Part shown: positions 18,307-28,419 of the stretch, one piece after another
How positions within the stretch are numbered: position 1 is the first letter of the stretch
Layout of the letters: each line of letters starts with the position of its first letter
From: Jacunavirus JC01
Lineage: Duplodnaviria; Heunggongvirae; Uroviricota; Caudoviricetes; Casjensviridae
Strand: one strand, 5' to 3'
Length of the DNA stretch: 61,736 nucleotides
IMG/VR virus record: IMGVR_UViG_2974716774_000001
Coordinates: 1 to 61,736 of that record
Position numbers and translations under genes: made by a program
The notes under the pieces: generated by a model
Seen by the model: only the letters and a program-made list of their open reading frames with translations
The model's database searches: none
Told to the model about the DNA's origin: nothing

Positions 18307-18930
18307 ATGTCCGTCACCGTAGTAACCGCAGGATCTAAGGAGCTGATGACTTATCTGGAGACGGTGCCTGAGCTGGCGAAGCGCGCAATGCGCCTGGCCA
18401 TCAACGGTACCGCGAAGGGTAAGGGCATGACCGCCATCAAGCGCCAGATGCTTGACGAGGTGGCCTTCCCGTCCGGATACCTGAACGCCGACCGTCTGCG
18501 CGTCACCCGCCTCGCCTCCGACAACAATCTCGAAGCCACCATCACCGGCCGCAAACGTGCCACCAGCCTTGCGCGCTTTGTCACGGGCAACCCGGTAGTG
18601 GGCTCCGACAAAGGTGGCGGCGTCAGTGTAAGAGTGCAGCGCGGCCGCACGACCTACCTTAAACAAGCCTTCCTCGTGCGACTGAAGCGCGGCGCCAGCT
18701 TGAGCGAGGATAATTACAACCTCGGCCTGGCGGTTCGTCTGAAGCCGGGAGAGAGCCTGACCAACAAACGCACGCAGCATCAGGCATGGCTGGTGCCAAA
18801 CAAGGTGGCGCTGCTTTACGGGCCATCGGTAGACCAGGTATTCTCCGGCGTGATAGAAGAGCTGCGTCCGGTCATTGGTCAGGAGGTGGCCAGTGAGTTC
18901 CACCGACAGTTTGCGAGGCTGAGTAAATAA
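18307..18930 (+). CDS. Tail completion protein (putative)
   Basis: 207-aa ORF between head-tail connector and major tail genes. Confidence 0.4.
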   Translation: MSVTVVTAGSKELMTYLETVPELAKRAMRLAINGTAKGKGMTAIKRQMLDEVAFPSGYLNADRLRVTRLASDNNLEATITGRKRATSLARFVTGNPVVGSDKGGGVSVRVQRGRTTYLKQAFLVRLKRGASLSEDNYNLGLAVRLKPGESLTNKRTQHQAWLVPNKVALLYGPSVDQVFSGVIEELRPVIGQEVASEFHRQFARLSK

Positions 18931-19442
18931 TGGCAGAAGAGCACATCCGGCTTAAAATTCTCAAAGCGCTGACGAAGCACCTGGAAGGCATCAACGGCAT
19001 TGAGCCCTACGTCCACGACATTCGCGGCTCGGTATACCGCGGGCGCGCCATTCTGGGCGATTCCATGCCGCTTCCGTGCGTGTCTATTCTCGAAGGCAAG
19101 GCTACAGACTACGGAGAGTTTGCAGACGAGGAAGAAACTGTTAGAAAAGATAAGTGGCTTCTCTTGATTCAGGGCTGGGTGAAGGACGATCCAGCCAACC
19201 CCACTGACCCGGCGTATGGTCTGCTGGCTGATGTGGAGCTACGGTTATCCGATATTACCGCCAAAGAAGCGGGTGCTCCGAAATTTCCGGACATTCACCT
19301 TCTCGGTGGGTTAATATCCTCGCTGACTCTCGCCGCGCCGGTTGTCCGGCCGCCGGAAGATGCGCTGTCAAGCAAGGCGTTTTTCTACCTGCCGGTACTG
19401 GTAGGTTTGAAATCGGACTTAACTAAACCTGGAGGGCGATAA
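18930..19442 (+). CDS. Tail terminator/completion protein (putative)
   Basis: 170-aa ORF directly upstream of the major tail protein gene; start overlaps the upstream stop. Confidence 0.35.
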   Translation: MAEEHIRLKILKALTKHLEGINGIEPYVHDIRGSVYRGRAILGDSMPLPCVSILEGKATDYGEFADEEETVRKDKWLLLIQGWVKDDPANPTDPAYGLLADVELRLSDITAKEAGAPKFPDIHLLGGLISSLTLAAPVVRPPEDALSSKAFFYLPVLVGLKSDLTKPGGR

Positions 19443-20585
19443 ATGCCTAACTATCAACCGAATTATGTGGTCGGCCGCGGTAGCCTGTATTTCAACAAGT
19501 TTAAGAAAAACTCGAATACCCCGGAAACCGGCGAACTGTATTTCGGCAACACGCCGGAGTTCACCATTACCTCTGACTCAGAAACGCTTGACCACTACTC
19601 TTCGGAGCAGGGTATGCGTAACCTCGATGCGCGCGTGATGCTGGAATACACCCCGGGTGGCAGCTTCACCTGTGATGAAATCAACGCGGATAACCTGGCG
19701 CTGCATTTCCTCGGTGAAAACACCAATATCACCCAGCTGCAGATGACAGACCGCAAAGAGATCATCCCGGTACTGAAGCGTGCTCGCTACTATCAGCTGG
19801 GCATTGATGACGTCACCCCGAGCGGCGTGCGTAACATCAACAACCTGCAGATCGTGGTGGCCAGCGTCGATTCGTCCATCTCTCTGGGCGCAGGCGACGT
19901 GACCAGCATCCCCGGCGCTACCGTGCTTCCGGCGGACAACTACGAAGTGGATCTGGCCAACGGCCGCATCTACATCGAGCCGGACGCCTCGGCTGTCGGC
20001 GCGGAAGGTATGCAGGCGGCGGTGCAGTACGACGTTGACCCGCAGGTGCGAAATATGGTCATCGGCAAAGCGGACATGATTTATGGCTCGCTGCGCTTCA
20101 TCTCCGACAACCCGGTCGGCGGGAACAAGGATTACTTCTTCCCGAAAGTGGCGCTGACGCCGGATGGCGATTATGCTCTCAAAGGTGACGACTGGCAGGT
20201 GATGAGCTTCACCTTCAGCGCGATGAAGCTGAACAGCCGGACGGCGTACATGTACATCGACGTGCGCAGTGGCACCGAGTCTGCGACTGAAGGTACCACC
20301 CGTACCATCACCGCTACCCCGGCGGCCACCAGCTCTACGGTGGGCACTGCAGTCAACGTGACGATTACGGTTCGCGATGGCAGCAACAACCTGGTGCAGA
20401 ACGAAGCCGTTACCCTGACCGCTAACAGCGGCTCAACGGTGACACCGGCCAGCGGCAGCACCAACGCCTCCGGCCAGCTGGTTGTGCAGCTGAACCGCGC
20501 TACGGCGGGCACGGGTACGGTGACGGCTACGCTTGACAGCGGCAAGTCAGTGACCTCGGCTCAGGTGACTTTCGCCGCGGCTTAA
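19443..20585 (+). CDS. Major tail protein with C-terminal Ig-like (Big_2-type) domain
   Basis: 380-aa ORF with RBS GGAGGG; C-terminal about 90 aa is Thr/Ser/Val-rich beta-strand-like (TITVRDGSNNLVQNEAVTLTANSG...) typical of Ig-like decorations; followed by a strong terminator. Confidence 0.7.
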   Translation: MPNYQPNYVVGRGSLYFNKFKKNSNTPETGELYFGNTPEFTITSDSETLDHYSSEQGMRNLDARVMLEYTPGGSFTCDEINADNLALHFLGENTNITQLQMTDRKEIIPVLKRARYYQLGIDDVTPSGVRNINNLQIVVASVDSSISLGAGDVTSIPGATVLPADNYEVDLANGRIYIEPDASAVGAEGMQAAVQYDVDPQVRNMVIGKADMIYGSLRFISDNPVGGNKDYFFPKVALTPDGDYALKGDDWQVMSFTFSAMKLNSRTAYMYIDVRSGTESATEGTTRTITATPAATSSTVGTAVNVTITVRDGSNNLVQNEAVTLTANSGSTVTPASGSTNASGQLVVQLNRATAGTGTVTATLDSGKSVTSAQVTFAAA

Positions 20586-20605
20586 AGCCGAAAGGAAAGC
20601 AAGCG

Positions 20606-20633
20606 AAGCGCCTACGGGCGCTTTTCTTGTTTT
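20606..20633 (+). terminator. Rho-independent terminator after the major tail gene
   Basis: Stem AAGCGCC / GGCGCTT, loop TACG, followed by TTTTCTTGTTTT. Confidence 0.6.
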
Positions 20634-20687
20634 AACGGCATGGCTTTGTGCTAAATTAGCGGTGTTTAGCAAACAGGAGCGTCTACC

Positions 20688-21143
20688 ATGTCATTAGCAG
20701 ATTTTCAACCTGAAACCCGTACCGTTAAAGTCAAGAACGTCACCTTCGAAGTCCGCGGCCTTTCCTTTGCCGACATCTCCAGCCTTATCCGCACGCACAT
20801 GGATGACCTCGAAGCGGTCTTCACCATGTACGAGCGCGAGGCGCAGGGGCTTAACTTCGGCAACTTGGCGATGGCCAGACTGGCCACTGCTCTCATCTCC
20901 GATGCGCCGGGCCTCGTTGCCCACATCATCGCGCTGGCCGCCGACTCTCCGGAGTTCGTCGACAAAGCCGCACGCCTTCCCGCCTTCACGCAGCTTGATG
21001 CACTGAAGAAAATCGGAGCGATGACCTTCGAAGAGGTCGGCGGTGTAAAAAAGCTGCTGGAGATGATCGTCGAGCTGGTGGAAAACCTTCAGCCAGAAAA
21101 AAGCGAGCAGCCGAAGCGGTCGTCTCCGTCCGGGAAAAAATAA
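20688..21143 (+). CDS. Tail assembly chaperone (gpG-like)
   Basis: 151-aa ORF directly upstream of the tape measure gene with RBS AGGAG; ends at GGG AAA AAA TAA. Confidence 0.6.
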   Translation: MSLADFQPETRTVKVKNVTFEVRGLSFADISSLIRTHMDDLEAVFTMYEREAQGLNFGNLAMARLATALISDAPGLVAHIIALAADSPEFVDKAARLPAFTQLDALKKIGAMTFEEVGGVKKLLEMIVELVENLQPEKSEQPKRSSPSGKK

Positions 21144-21382
21144 TCAACTACTACGATGGAATGCGGGAGCAGGTCAGTCTGCTCCTTTCCGAAGGCCACC
21201 CACACGCCCGGCGCTACCCACTGGCGACGCTGTGGCTGGAAGCACAAATCGTAATGCGCCGTCATAACCAAAGATTTGTCACCGAATCCCTGCTGATGCA
21301 GGGCTGTATCGGAACGATAATGAATGGGAAGAAAGGCTCTAAGCATTATCAGGACATGATAAGGAAACTTAGCGATGGCTAA
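20688..21382 (+). CDS. Tail assembly chaperone frameshift product (gpGT-like, predicted -1 frameshift near 21134-21140)
   Basis: The -1 frame is open from the slippery run GGGAAAAAA through 21382 and ends just inside the tape measure gene. Confidence 0.45.
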
Positions 21383-24300
21383 CAATTCATCCCGTGACGT
21401 CGAGCTTAATATCCGGGCGAGAGACTACAGCCAGAAAACGCTGAAGCAGGTAACAGATGCCATCAGCGACATGGCCAAAGCCCAGGATGCCCAGCGCCTT
21501 GCTGCCGAGCGCGGCGAAGTCACCGCCAAAGAGCTGGAGGCGAGCTACCGCAAGCTGGAGAGCGCCGGTCAGGCGCTGCTTAAGCTCAACTCACTGGTTG
21601 AAGTGTATAAGCGACAGACGGCCGCGCTGGAAGCCCAGCAGGTCAAGCTGGAGCAGACCGTCGAGAAGCAGAAGGAGCTGCAGGCCGCGTATGACGGCGC
21701 CGAGAAAGTAACGAAGCGTCAGGAGGCAGCACTGGCCCGCGCTAACCGCGCCGTGGAGAAAGCCACGCAAGGCCTGAGCGACCAGCAGGCTCGCGTATCC
21801 CGTGCGGCCGCGGAGCTGGACAAATACGGCATCTCCACCAACGAGCTGGCCCGGAGCCAGCAGACCATCGTGGCCAACGTCGGGCGCGTTAACGCGGTGC
21901 TGGAGCGCCAGGACAACATTATCCAGCGCGTGCCTGAGGCAGTGAGGAAATACAATCAGGCGTGGGATGAGGCGATCGCGACAAACAACCGTCTCGATAC
22001 GGCGCGCCTGGAAAAATATAACCGCGCGTGGGATGAGGCGATCGCCATCAACAACCGCATGGACGCCGCCGCCAAGCTGACGCAGCAGCGCCTCGAAGAG
22101 CAGGCTTACGCGATCGATAAGGTTATCACAGGCCTGCGGCGCCAGGCGGATGAGGCCATCGCAGCATCGCGCGGCTACCAGACTCTCGGCCGTGTGGTGG
22201 CAGCGACGAACCTGAGCACCGGCGGCCGTCTGGCCACTGACCTGCAGGCCATCGTTACGCCAGCGCAGGCGGCGCGTTCTACTCTGGGCGGGCTGGAGAA
22301 ACAGGTCGACTCGCTCTCCCGGGAAATTGAGGCGGGTGGGAAAAACATCGAGGGCGCAGCCCAGAAGCTGAAAGACCTGCAGGCCGCGCAGCAGGCGGCA
22401 ATCGGCATGGCCCGTCTTATTGACCAGTTCCGGGCACAGACGACTGCCGTGCGTACCGCGCGTGCGGAGTTTCAGGCAGCACGCGCCGACGTCATGCAGC
22501 TGGCCGAGCGTATGCGTGCCGCACAGGCTGACACCGAGGGTCTGGGTCGTGAGATGCAGGCGGCGCAGCAGCGCCTTAATGCCGCGACGCAGGCACTGCG
22601 CACTACCGGCGCGGCAGCGCGACAGACGCAGGCGGCGCTACGGTCAGCCGGTGTCGACACCCGAACGCTGGGCACTGAATCCGATCGCCTGCGCACTACC
22701 GCACAGCGTACGACGACGGCCGTCGATGGGCTGGCGGGCGCAGTTCGTCGCAGCGGGGAGGCAGCACGCGACGGCGCGAAGGCATTCTCCTTCTTCACGG
22801 ACAGCGGCCGTACCACGCTGTCGGCCACACAGCGCCTCAAAGGTGAGATTCTGGCGCTGACCACGACGTACATTGGCTTCCAGGGCGCTATCAACCTGGC
22901 GGGCGGCGCGGTGGATGCGTTCAAGACCCGGCAGCAGGCGCTCATCAAGATCTCGCAGGTCGTCGGCAAAGACCAGAACCGTCTCAACGCCGAGTGGGAG
23001 TACATGGAGGGTCTGGCCAACCGGCTCGGTGTCAAGATTGAGGACGTGGCCCAGGGATACACCTCATTCGCCGTGGCGGCCAAAGCGACAGGCCTCAGCC
23101 TGCAGCAGACGAAGTACGTGTTCGAGAGCATCACCAAAACCGGCCGCGTGTTCCACCTGTCGGCCGATGACATGCAGGGCGTGTTCCGCGCCATGCAGCA
23201 GATGCTGTCGAAGGGTCAGGTCTATGCGGAAGAGCTTACCGGCCAGCTGGGCGAACGTCTCCCGGCGGCGGTGGCGTTGTTCGCTAAAGGCATGGACATG
23301 ACCACGCAGGAGCTGCTGAAGGCGATGCAGAACGGCGAGATCAGCTCGCAGGCCGTCATCAACTTCGCACGCGCCAACGCCAAAGCTATCGACGCCGAAA
23401 TCGAGACCGCCAGCAAAGGCGTGGATGCGATGGAAGCGCGCGCCCAGAATGCCATGTTTAACTTCAAACTGGCGATGGCGGACTCCGGCTTCATCGAGGC
23501 GTACGTCAGGATGCTGGAGCGCCTGACCGAGTTCCTGAACAGCCCTGACGGTGCAGAGGCCGCGAAGAAATTCGGTGATGCTTTCTCCAAAGCCGCAGAC
23601 GCGATCATCTGGTGCGTTGACAACATCGACATTCTGATTAACGCGCTGACCGTTTTCGCAGGCCTGAAGGCGGTGCAGTATGTCGCGGGTCTCGTGCAGG
23701 GGCTGCGCAAGCTGGCGCCGCTGTTCGCGCAGATCGGCAAAATCGGCGATGGCATCCTGTCGTTCTTCAGCAAATTCGCAGCGCGCCTGGCGACAGGCAC
23801 CGGCGCAGTGAAAGGCCTGGGCATCGCGCTTGGCGGGCTGGTGCGCGCCATACCGTACGTGGGCTGGGCGCTGCTGGCCTATGACATCGGGGCCATCTTC
23901 TATGAGCAGTCGCAGACATTCGCCAAAGCGGTCGACGAGGTTATCCGCGACTTCAAGAACCTCGGCAATCAGCTTATCGCACTGGCGGAGACACCGGTGG
24001 CAGCGCTGCGGGATCTGGCGTATGCCATCGTGCGGCCTATCACCACGCTCTTCTCTACCAGCATCACGGCTATCGCGAACTGGATAGCGGATGTCGTCAG
24101 CCTGATCCCGGGCGTTGGTGAAGACCTGGCCAAGTGGACGCGAGACGTGGCGAAGGAGCTGACCAAGCAAAACCGTGACATGTTCCAGAACGTGTCCGGC
24201 ATCTGGGATGACGTCAATGACAAATGGGCCAAGATGAATGACGACATCACCAAAAAATACAGCCAGACGATGAGCGAGGTCGTTCGTCAGACGCTGGCCG

Positions 24301-25883
24301 CTAAAGCCAAAATGCTGCAGACGGATCTCAGCGCGGCGATGGGCTTCCAGTTCACCGAAGACCCGGGCGGCGGGATCAGCAAGCGTGACCGTGAGGTGCA
24401 GGCGCTGACCAAAGAGTTTGAAAAACTGCAGAAGTCCGCCGACAAAGCGAAGAAGTCGGCCAAAGAAGCACTGATGCGTAAAAACCTGCCGGGCCGCCTG
24501 GCGCTGGTCGACGAAGAGTTCGCACCGCAGCTCGCCAGGGCGAAAGCGCTCGGCGGCGATGAAGGGGCCAAGCTGACCAAACAGCTGCAGGGCATCATCG
24601 CTATCCGTAAGCAGGCCGAGACCGACGAGTACAACGCGTCACAGCGTAGTTCGTCCGGCATCGACAAGCGAGCACGCGCGTTGGAGAACCTGACGCAGAA
24701 ATACAAAGAGCTGAAAGACTCTATCCAGCTCAAAGAGGTGCAGCAGGATCCGACGTCTTCGCTGGCTGACCGCACCGCGGCTGCTGTGCAGAAAGCTAAC
24801 ACCGAGATGGATAAATATATCCGTCAGGCTAATAAGCTCGGTGGCGCGGAAGGCAAAGCACTCTCCGACCAGTTTACTGCCCTGAAGACGGTTAACGAGC
24901 AGTACATCACCCAGAAGATGCAGCTGGAGGAAGTGGAGCGCCTGGAGAACAAGGTCAACAATCTGCTGGCCATCCGTAAGTCGCGGATTGAGGAAATCAA
25001 CGCCAAACGTGAAGCGGGCGTTATCAACGAAGACCAGCAGGTCGCAGGCGTCAATCAGGTCAATCAGGAAACGCAGGGGCCGCTTAATGCCGCTCTGGGC
25101 CAGCTGCAAAGCGCGGGGTCACAGGCGCAAAGCATCATGGGGCCGGAGGCATGGGCGCAGCTCCAGGCGAACATCGCTGCGGCAAAAGCCAGTATGCTTG
25201 ACCTGACAGGTACTTTCACCACGATGGACTCTACCGTCGTTAAAGGTGTTCTCGGCGGCTTTGAAGCGGCGATGGACTCTATCTATGACAGCATGGTACA
25301 GCTCATCCGCGGCACGCAGTCTCTCAGTGACGCGTTTTCGAACCTGGGCGTGGCAGTGGCCAAGTTCTTCGCCGACTTCCTGCGTCAAATCGCAATGGCC
25401 ATCCTTCAGCAGATGGTGCTCAATGCGCTTGCGGGAATGGGAGGCGGTATCGGCGCGGCGGCGCAGGCAGCGGGCGGCGTGGCCAAAGGTGCGGCCAAGC
25501 ACAACGGTGGTATCATCGGCAGCTCGACGACCGGAGGTATGCAGACACGTCAGATGCAGACGTCGTGGTTTGCCAACGCTCCGCGCTTCCACACCGGCGG
25601 GCTGCCCGGCCTGAAGTCAGACGAGGTACCAGCCATTCTGCAGAAAGGCGAGCAGGTGCTGTCCAAAGATGACCCGAACAACATCCTGAACCAGCAGCGG
25701 TCTACGTCAGGCGGTGCTGCGTCGCCGCAGATGAATCGCTTCGTGCTGGTGGACGACCGCACCAAGATCCCCGAGGCCATGAACAGCCAGGAAGGGGAGC
25801 AGGTATTCGTGCAGTTCCTTCAGCGCAACGCCGCGACAGTCCGGCAGATTGCGTCACGTAAAACGAGCGGGAGAAACGGATAA
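21375..25883 (+). CDS. Tail tape measure protein
   Basis: 1502-aa ORF, N-terminal coiled-coil-like Ala/Gln/Arg-rich region, central hydrophobic Gly/Ala-rich region; located after the chaperone pair. Confidence 0.85.
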   Translation: MANNSSRDVELNIRARDYSQKTLKQVTDAISDMAKAQDAQRLAAERGEVTAKELEASYRKLESAGQALLKLNSLVEVYKRQTAALEAQQVKLEQTVEKQKELQAAYDGAEKVTKRQEAALARANRAVEKATQGLSDQQARVSRAAAELDKYGISTNELARSQQTIVANVGRVNAVLERQDNIIQRVPEAVRKYNQAWDEAIATNNRLDTARLEKYNRAWDEAIAINNRMDAAAKLTQQRLEEQAYAIDKVITGLRRQADEAIAASRGYQTLGRVVAATNLSTGGRLATDLQAIVTPAQAARSTLGGLEKQVDSLSREIEAGGKNIEGAAQKLKDLQAAQQAAIGMARLIDQFRAQTTAVRTARAEFQAARADVMQLAERMRAAQADTEGLGREMQAAQQRLNAATQALRTTGAAARQTQAALRSAGVDTRTLGTESDRLRTTAQRTTTAVDGLAGAVRRSGEAARDGAKAFSFFTDSGRTTLSATQRLKGEILALTTTYIGFQGAINLAGGAVDAFKTRQQALIKISQVVGKDQNRLNAEWEYMEGLANRLGVKIEDVAQGYTSFAVAAKATGLSLQQTKYVFESITKTGRVFHLSADDMQGVFRAMQQMLSKGQVYAEELTGQLGERLPAAVALFAKGMDMTTQELLKAMQNGEISSQAVINFARANAKAIDAEIETASKGVDAMEARAQNAMFNFKLAMADSGFIEAYVRMLERLTEFLNSPDGAEAAKKFGDAFSKAADAIIWCVDNIDILINALTVFAGLKAVQYVAGLVQGLRKLAPLFAQIGKIGDGILSFFSKFAARLATGTGAVKGLGIALGGLVRAIPYVGWALLAYDIGAIFYEQSQTFAKAVDEVIRDFKNLGNQLIALAETPVAALRDLAYAIVRPITTLFSTSITAIANWIADVVSLIPGVGEDLAKWTRDVAKELTKQNRDMFQNVSGIWDDVNDKWAKMNDDITKKYSQTMSEVVRQTLAAKAKMLQTDLSAAMGFQFTEDPGGGISKRDREVQALTKEFEKLQKSADKAKKSAKEALMRKNLPGRLALVDEEFAPQLARAKALGGDEGAKLTKQLQGIIAIRKQAETDEYNASQRSSSGIDKRARALENLTQKYKELKDSIQLKEVQQDPTSSLADRTAAAVQKANTEMDKYIRQANKLGGAEGKALSDQFTALKTVNEQYITQKMQLEEVERLENKVNNLLAIRKSRIEEINAKREAGVINEDQQVAGVNQVNQETQGPLNAALGQLQSAGSQAQSIMGPEAWAQLQANIAAAKASMLDLTGTFTTMDSTVVKGVLGGFEAAMDSIYDSMVQLIRGTQSLSDAFSNLGVAVAKFFADFLRQIAMAILQQMVLNALAGMGGGIGAAAQAAGGVAKGAAKHNGGIIGSSTTGGMQTRQMQTSWFANAPRFHTGGLPGLKSDEVPAILQKGEQVLSKDDPNNILNQQRSTSGGAASPQMNRFVLVDDRTKIPEAMNSQEGEQVFVQFLQRNAATVRQIASRKTSGRNG

Positions 25884-27583
25884 TGGCACTGACAGGCCTC
25901 CGTCCACTCAAAGAGACCAACACGCTGGGCACCTCCGCTCAGCGCTTTGGACTACTCAATGGGGCGTACGATATTTTCGTGCAGGACACCTACACCGGCG
26001 GCGACGCTGACCAGAACTACTACGCGGCCAAGTGGCTGCGTCTGGCGGCGGGCACCTACCAGCTGCGCTTCATCGGCGATGACTCGGCGACGTTCAGCCT
26101 GAACGGGATGCAGGTGGCGTCCGGCACCTACGACGGCAGCTGGATCACGCCGGTCGTCGAGACGTTCACGGTTGGCGCGGATGACGTATACCGCTGGGAT
26201 ATCGTGAACCACAACGGCCCGGCCAATTCGCCCGCGTTCGTCTCATACGAGCTGAGCAAGGACGGCGTGATTATTGAGGTGTCTCGCGCGCAGGACTTCA
26301 TCGGCGACCTCGTACCGATCCCGGACAAAGCGCTGGGCCCGAAGCCGCCGTACAATAACGATATCCGTCTGAGCTACCCGATCTTCCTGCCGAAGCCAAA
26401 CTGGAAAGACGGCGTTACCGAGCGACTGGAGTGGAAGACCGATGTGCTGGTGTCCGAGACCGGCGCCGAGCAGCGCCGCAAGCTGCGCCAGTACCCCCGC
26501 CGGTCGCTGGAGGCGAGCTTCACCGGGCAGGGCAATTACGCCGCGCTGATCGACAGCTACCTGTCCGGCGTCGGCTACTCCAACGGCCTGGTGCCGCTGT
26601 GGTGGGATGAGACGCCGATTAGTGGCGACGTGGTGGCGGGCGCGGTAGACATCTTCGGCGACTTCAAGTGGCGCGAGTTTAACGCGAACGACGTCGTGAT
26701 TATCCGCAGGCCGGGCCGCGTCACCGACTATGAGCTGAACATTGTGGCCGAGCGCAGCGACACCAAACTGGTGCTGCTCTACGGCCTGCAGGAAGACACG
26801 CGTGCTGGCACCATCACGCCGGTGCGGGTGGCACAAATCCGCGAGCAGCTCTCCGGCACGATCCTGACCGACCGCGTTAAGCAGTACCAGCTGCGCTTCT
26901 TCACGGTGGAAGCCGCGGACTACCCGGCAGAGTGGACTTTCCCGATTTACGAGCGCACCAACCTGCCGATCCTGACGTGGGAGCCGAACTACCGCGAGTC
27001 GCTCGACCTCAACTACGACCGGCAGATCTACACCTGGGATAACGAGGTGGGCAACCCTTACACCGTTGACCCGGGCGGCACGCTGCAGCTGGGCGAGAAA
27101 ATGGGCTTCACGGTGTTCGGACGCGCGGAAATGCACGGCCTCAAGCGCACGCTGTATAAACTGTCTGGCCGGTGGCGCGAGATTCATGTGCCGTCCGGCA
27201 GCGACGAGTTTACGCTGGCCCGCGACATCAATGACAGCGCTGGCGCACTCGTGGTCTACCGCAGTGGCTATAACCAGTACCGGCTCAGCCAGCAGGCCAC
27301 CCGGCGCGACATTCTCGTCGAGCTGTATGACGGGCGCGTCCTGCCTAACACCATCATCTCCAGCCGCGTCGTGGGGGATGAAGAGTGGCTATTTCTGCAG
27401 GAGACGCTGCCGCCTGTTCCCAAAGACCAGGTGCGTCGTATAAGCTACATGCCGAGAAGCCGACTCGATATCGACGCCATCGAAATCAGCAGGCTTACCG
27501 ACGCGGACGGCGCGGCCCAGGTGGCACTGACTTTTAAAGCCATCACTGAAAGAAGGAACGCGCCGCCGATAACTTTCCAGTGA
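25883..27583 (+). CDS. Tail tip protein (distal tail / tip assembly, putative)
   Basis: 566-aa ORF immediately after the tape measure gene (TAATG overlap). Confidence 0.5.
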   Translation: MALTGLRPLKETNTLGTSAQRFGLLNGAYDIFVQDTYTGGDADQNYYAAKWLRLAAGTYQLRFIGDDSATFSLNGMQVASGTYDGSWITPVVETFTVGADDVYRWDIVNHNGPANSPAFVSYELSKDGVIIEVSRAQDFIGDLVPIPDKALGPKPPYNNDIRLSYPIFLPKPNWKDGVTERLEWKTDVLVSETGAEQRRKLRQYPRRSLEASFTGQGNYAALIDSYLSGVGYSNGLVPLWWDETPISGDVVAGAVDIFGDFKWREFNANDVVIIRRPGRVTDYELNIVAERSDTKLVLLYGLQEDTRAGTITPVRVAQIREQLSGTILTDRVKQYQLRFFTVEAADYPAEWTFPIYERTNLPILTWEPNYRESLDLNYDRQIYTWDNEVGNPYTVDPGGTLQLGEKMGFTVFGRAEMHGLKRTLYKLSGRWREIHVPSGSDEFTLARDINDSAGALVVYRSGYNQYRLSQQATRRDILVELYDGRVLPNTIISSRVVGDEEWLFLQETLPPVPKDQVRRISYMPRSRLDIDAIEISRLTDADGAAQVALTFKAITERRNAPPITFQ

Positions 27584-27590
27584 GGCGTGT

Positions 27591-28409
27591 ATGAGCTATA
27601 ACGACAGAGAGTCATCCAACTACGACGGCGAACCCATATACCTGTATGAGTTTCGCCTCAACGATCAATACTGGCGCTACACCTCCGCCGCGACGCGCAT
27701 GTCGCTCGGGGGTCAGGTGTGGGAGCCAATGGGGGTCTCCGACGACGGGATAAAACAGACGGGTGACACATCGGTGGACGCGCTAAACATAACGATGCCC
27801 ATCTCGTCTCCCGTCGTCGGACTTTTCATCGGTACGCCGCCTATCAGCCCAATCTACATCACACTGCGCCGGTTCCACATGGGTGACGATGATGCGGCCG
27901 TCTGCTACGTCGGCGAGGTGATGGAGAGTAACCAGAACAGCCCCGTGTCCGCGGTACTCACCTGCAACACCCTTTCCGCATCTCTCGAACGAAACGGCCT
28001 GCGCCTGTCCTACACGCGCGGCTGCCCGTATTCCCTGTATGACGTCTGCTGCAAGGTGGACAAAGAGCAGTTCCGCTACAACGGCACCATATCCACTGTG
28101 GGCGGCAGCCAGATAACGGTGCCGGGCATCGAGACGTTCGGCGACCGCTGGTTTGCTGGTGGCTATATTGAGTGGGTGGATCCGAAGCGCGGCGTCGACC
28201 GTCGGGCCATTGAGCAGCATACCGGAAACAAGCTGACCATTTTCGGCACGGTCTCCGGCCTGGCCGGTGGGATGATTATCAAAATCTACCCGGGCTGTCC
28301 GCGCACCACGCAGGCCTGCAAAACCAAGTTTAACAACCTGGCCAACTACGGCGGGATCCCGTCGATGCCTGACCGCTCCCCGTTCGACGGCAATCCTATT
28401 TTCAACTAA
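27591..28409 (+). CDS. Tail tip protein with C-terminal Cys cluster (hub-like, putative)
   Basis: 272-aa ORF with RBS GAGG; cysteines in RGCPYSLYDVCC and PGCPRTTQAC suggest a metal or Fe-S site. Confidence 0.5.
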   Translation: MSYNDRESSNYDGEPIYLYEFRLNDQYWRYTSAATRMSLGGQVWEPMGVSDDGIKQTGDTSVDALNITMPISSPVVGLFIGTPPISPIYITLRRFHMGDDDAAVCYVGEVMESNQNSPVSAVLTCNTLSASLERNGLRLSYTRGCPYSLYDVCCKVDKEQFRYNGTISTVGGSQITVPGIETFGDRWFAGGYIEWVDPKRGVDRRAIEQHTGNKLTIFGTVSGLAGGMIIKIYPGCPRTTQACKTKFNNLANYGGIPSMPDRSPFDGNPIFN

Positions 28410-28419
28410 GGAGTACACC

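Noticed and set aside
23064-24170. 368-aa minus-strand ORF antisense to the tape measure gene, and similar long antisense ORFs at 3665-4765, 12880-14013, 29491-30693, 30799-32079, 36726-37715 and 50479-52026
   Set aside because: They lie inside well-supported genes on the other strand, have Arg/Gly/His-rich compositions typical of off-frame reading of GC-rich DNA, and lack RBSs
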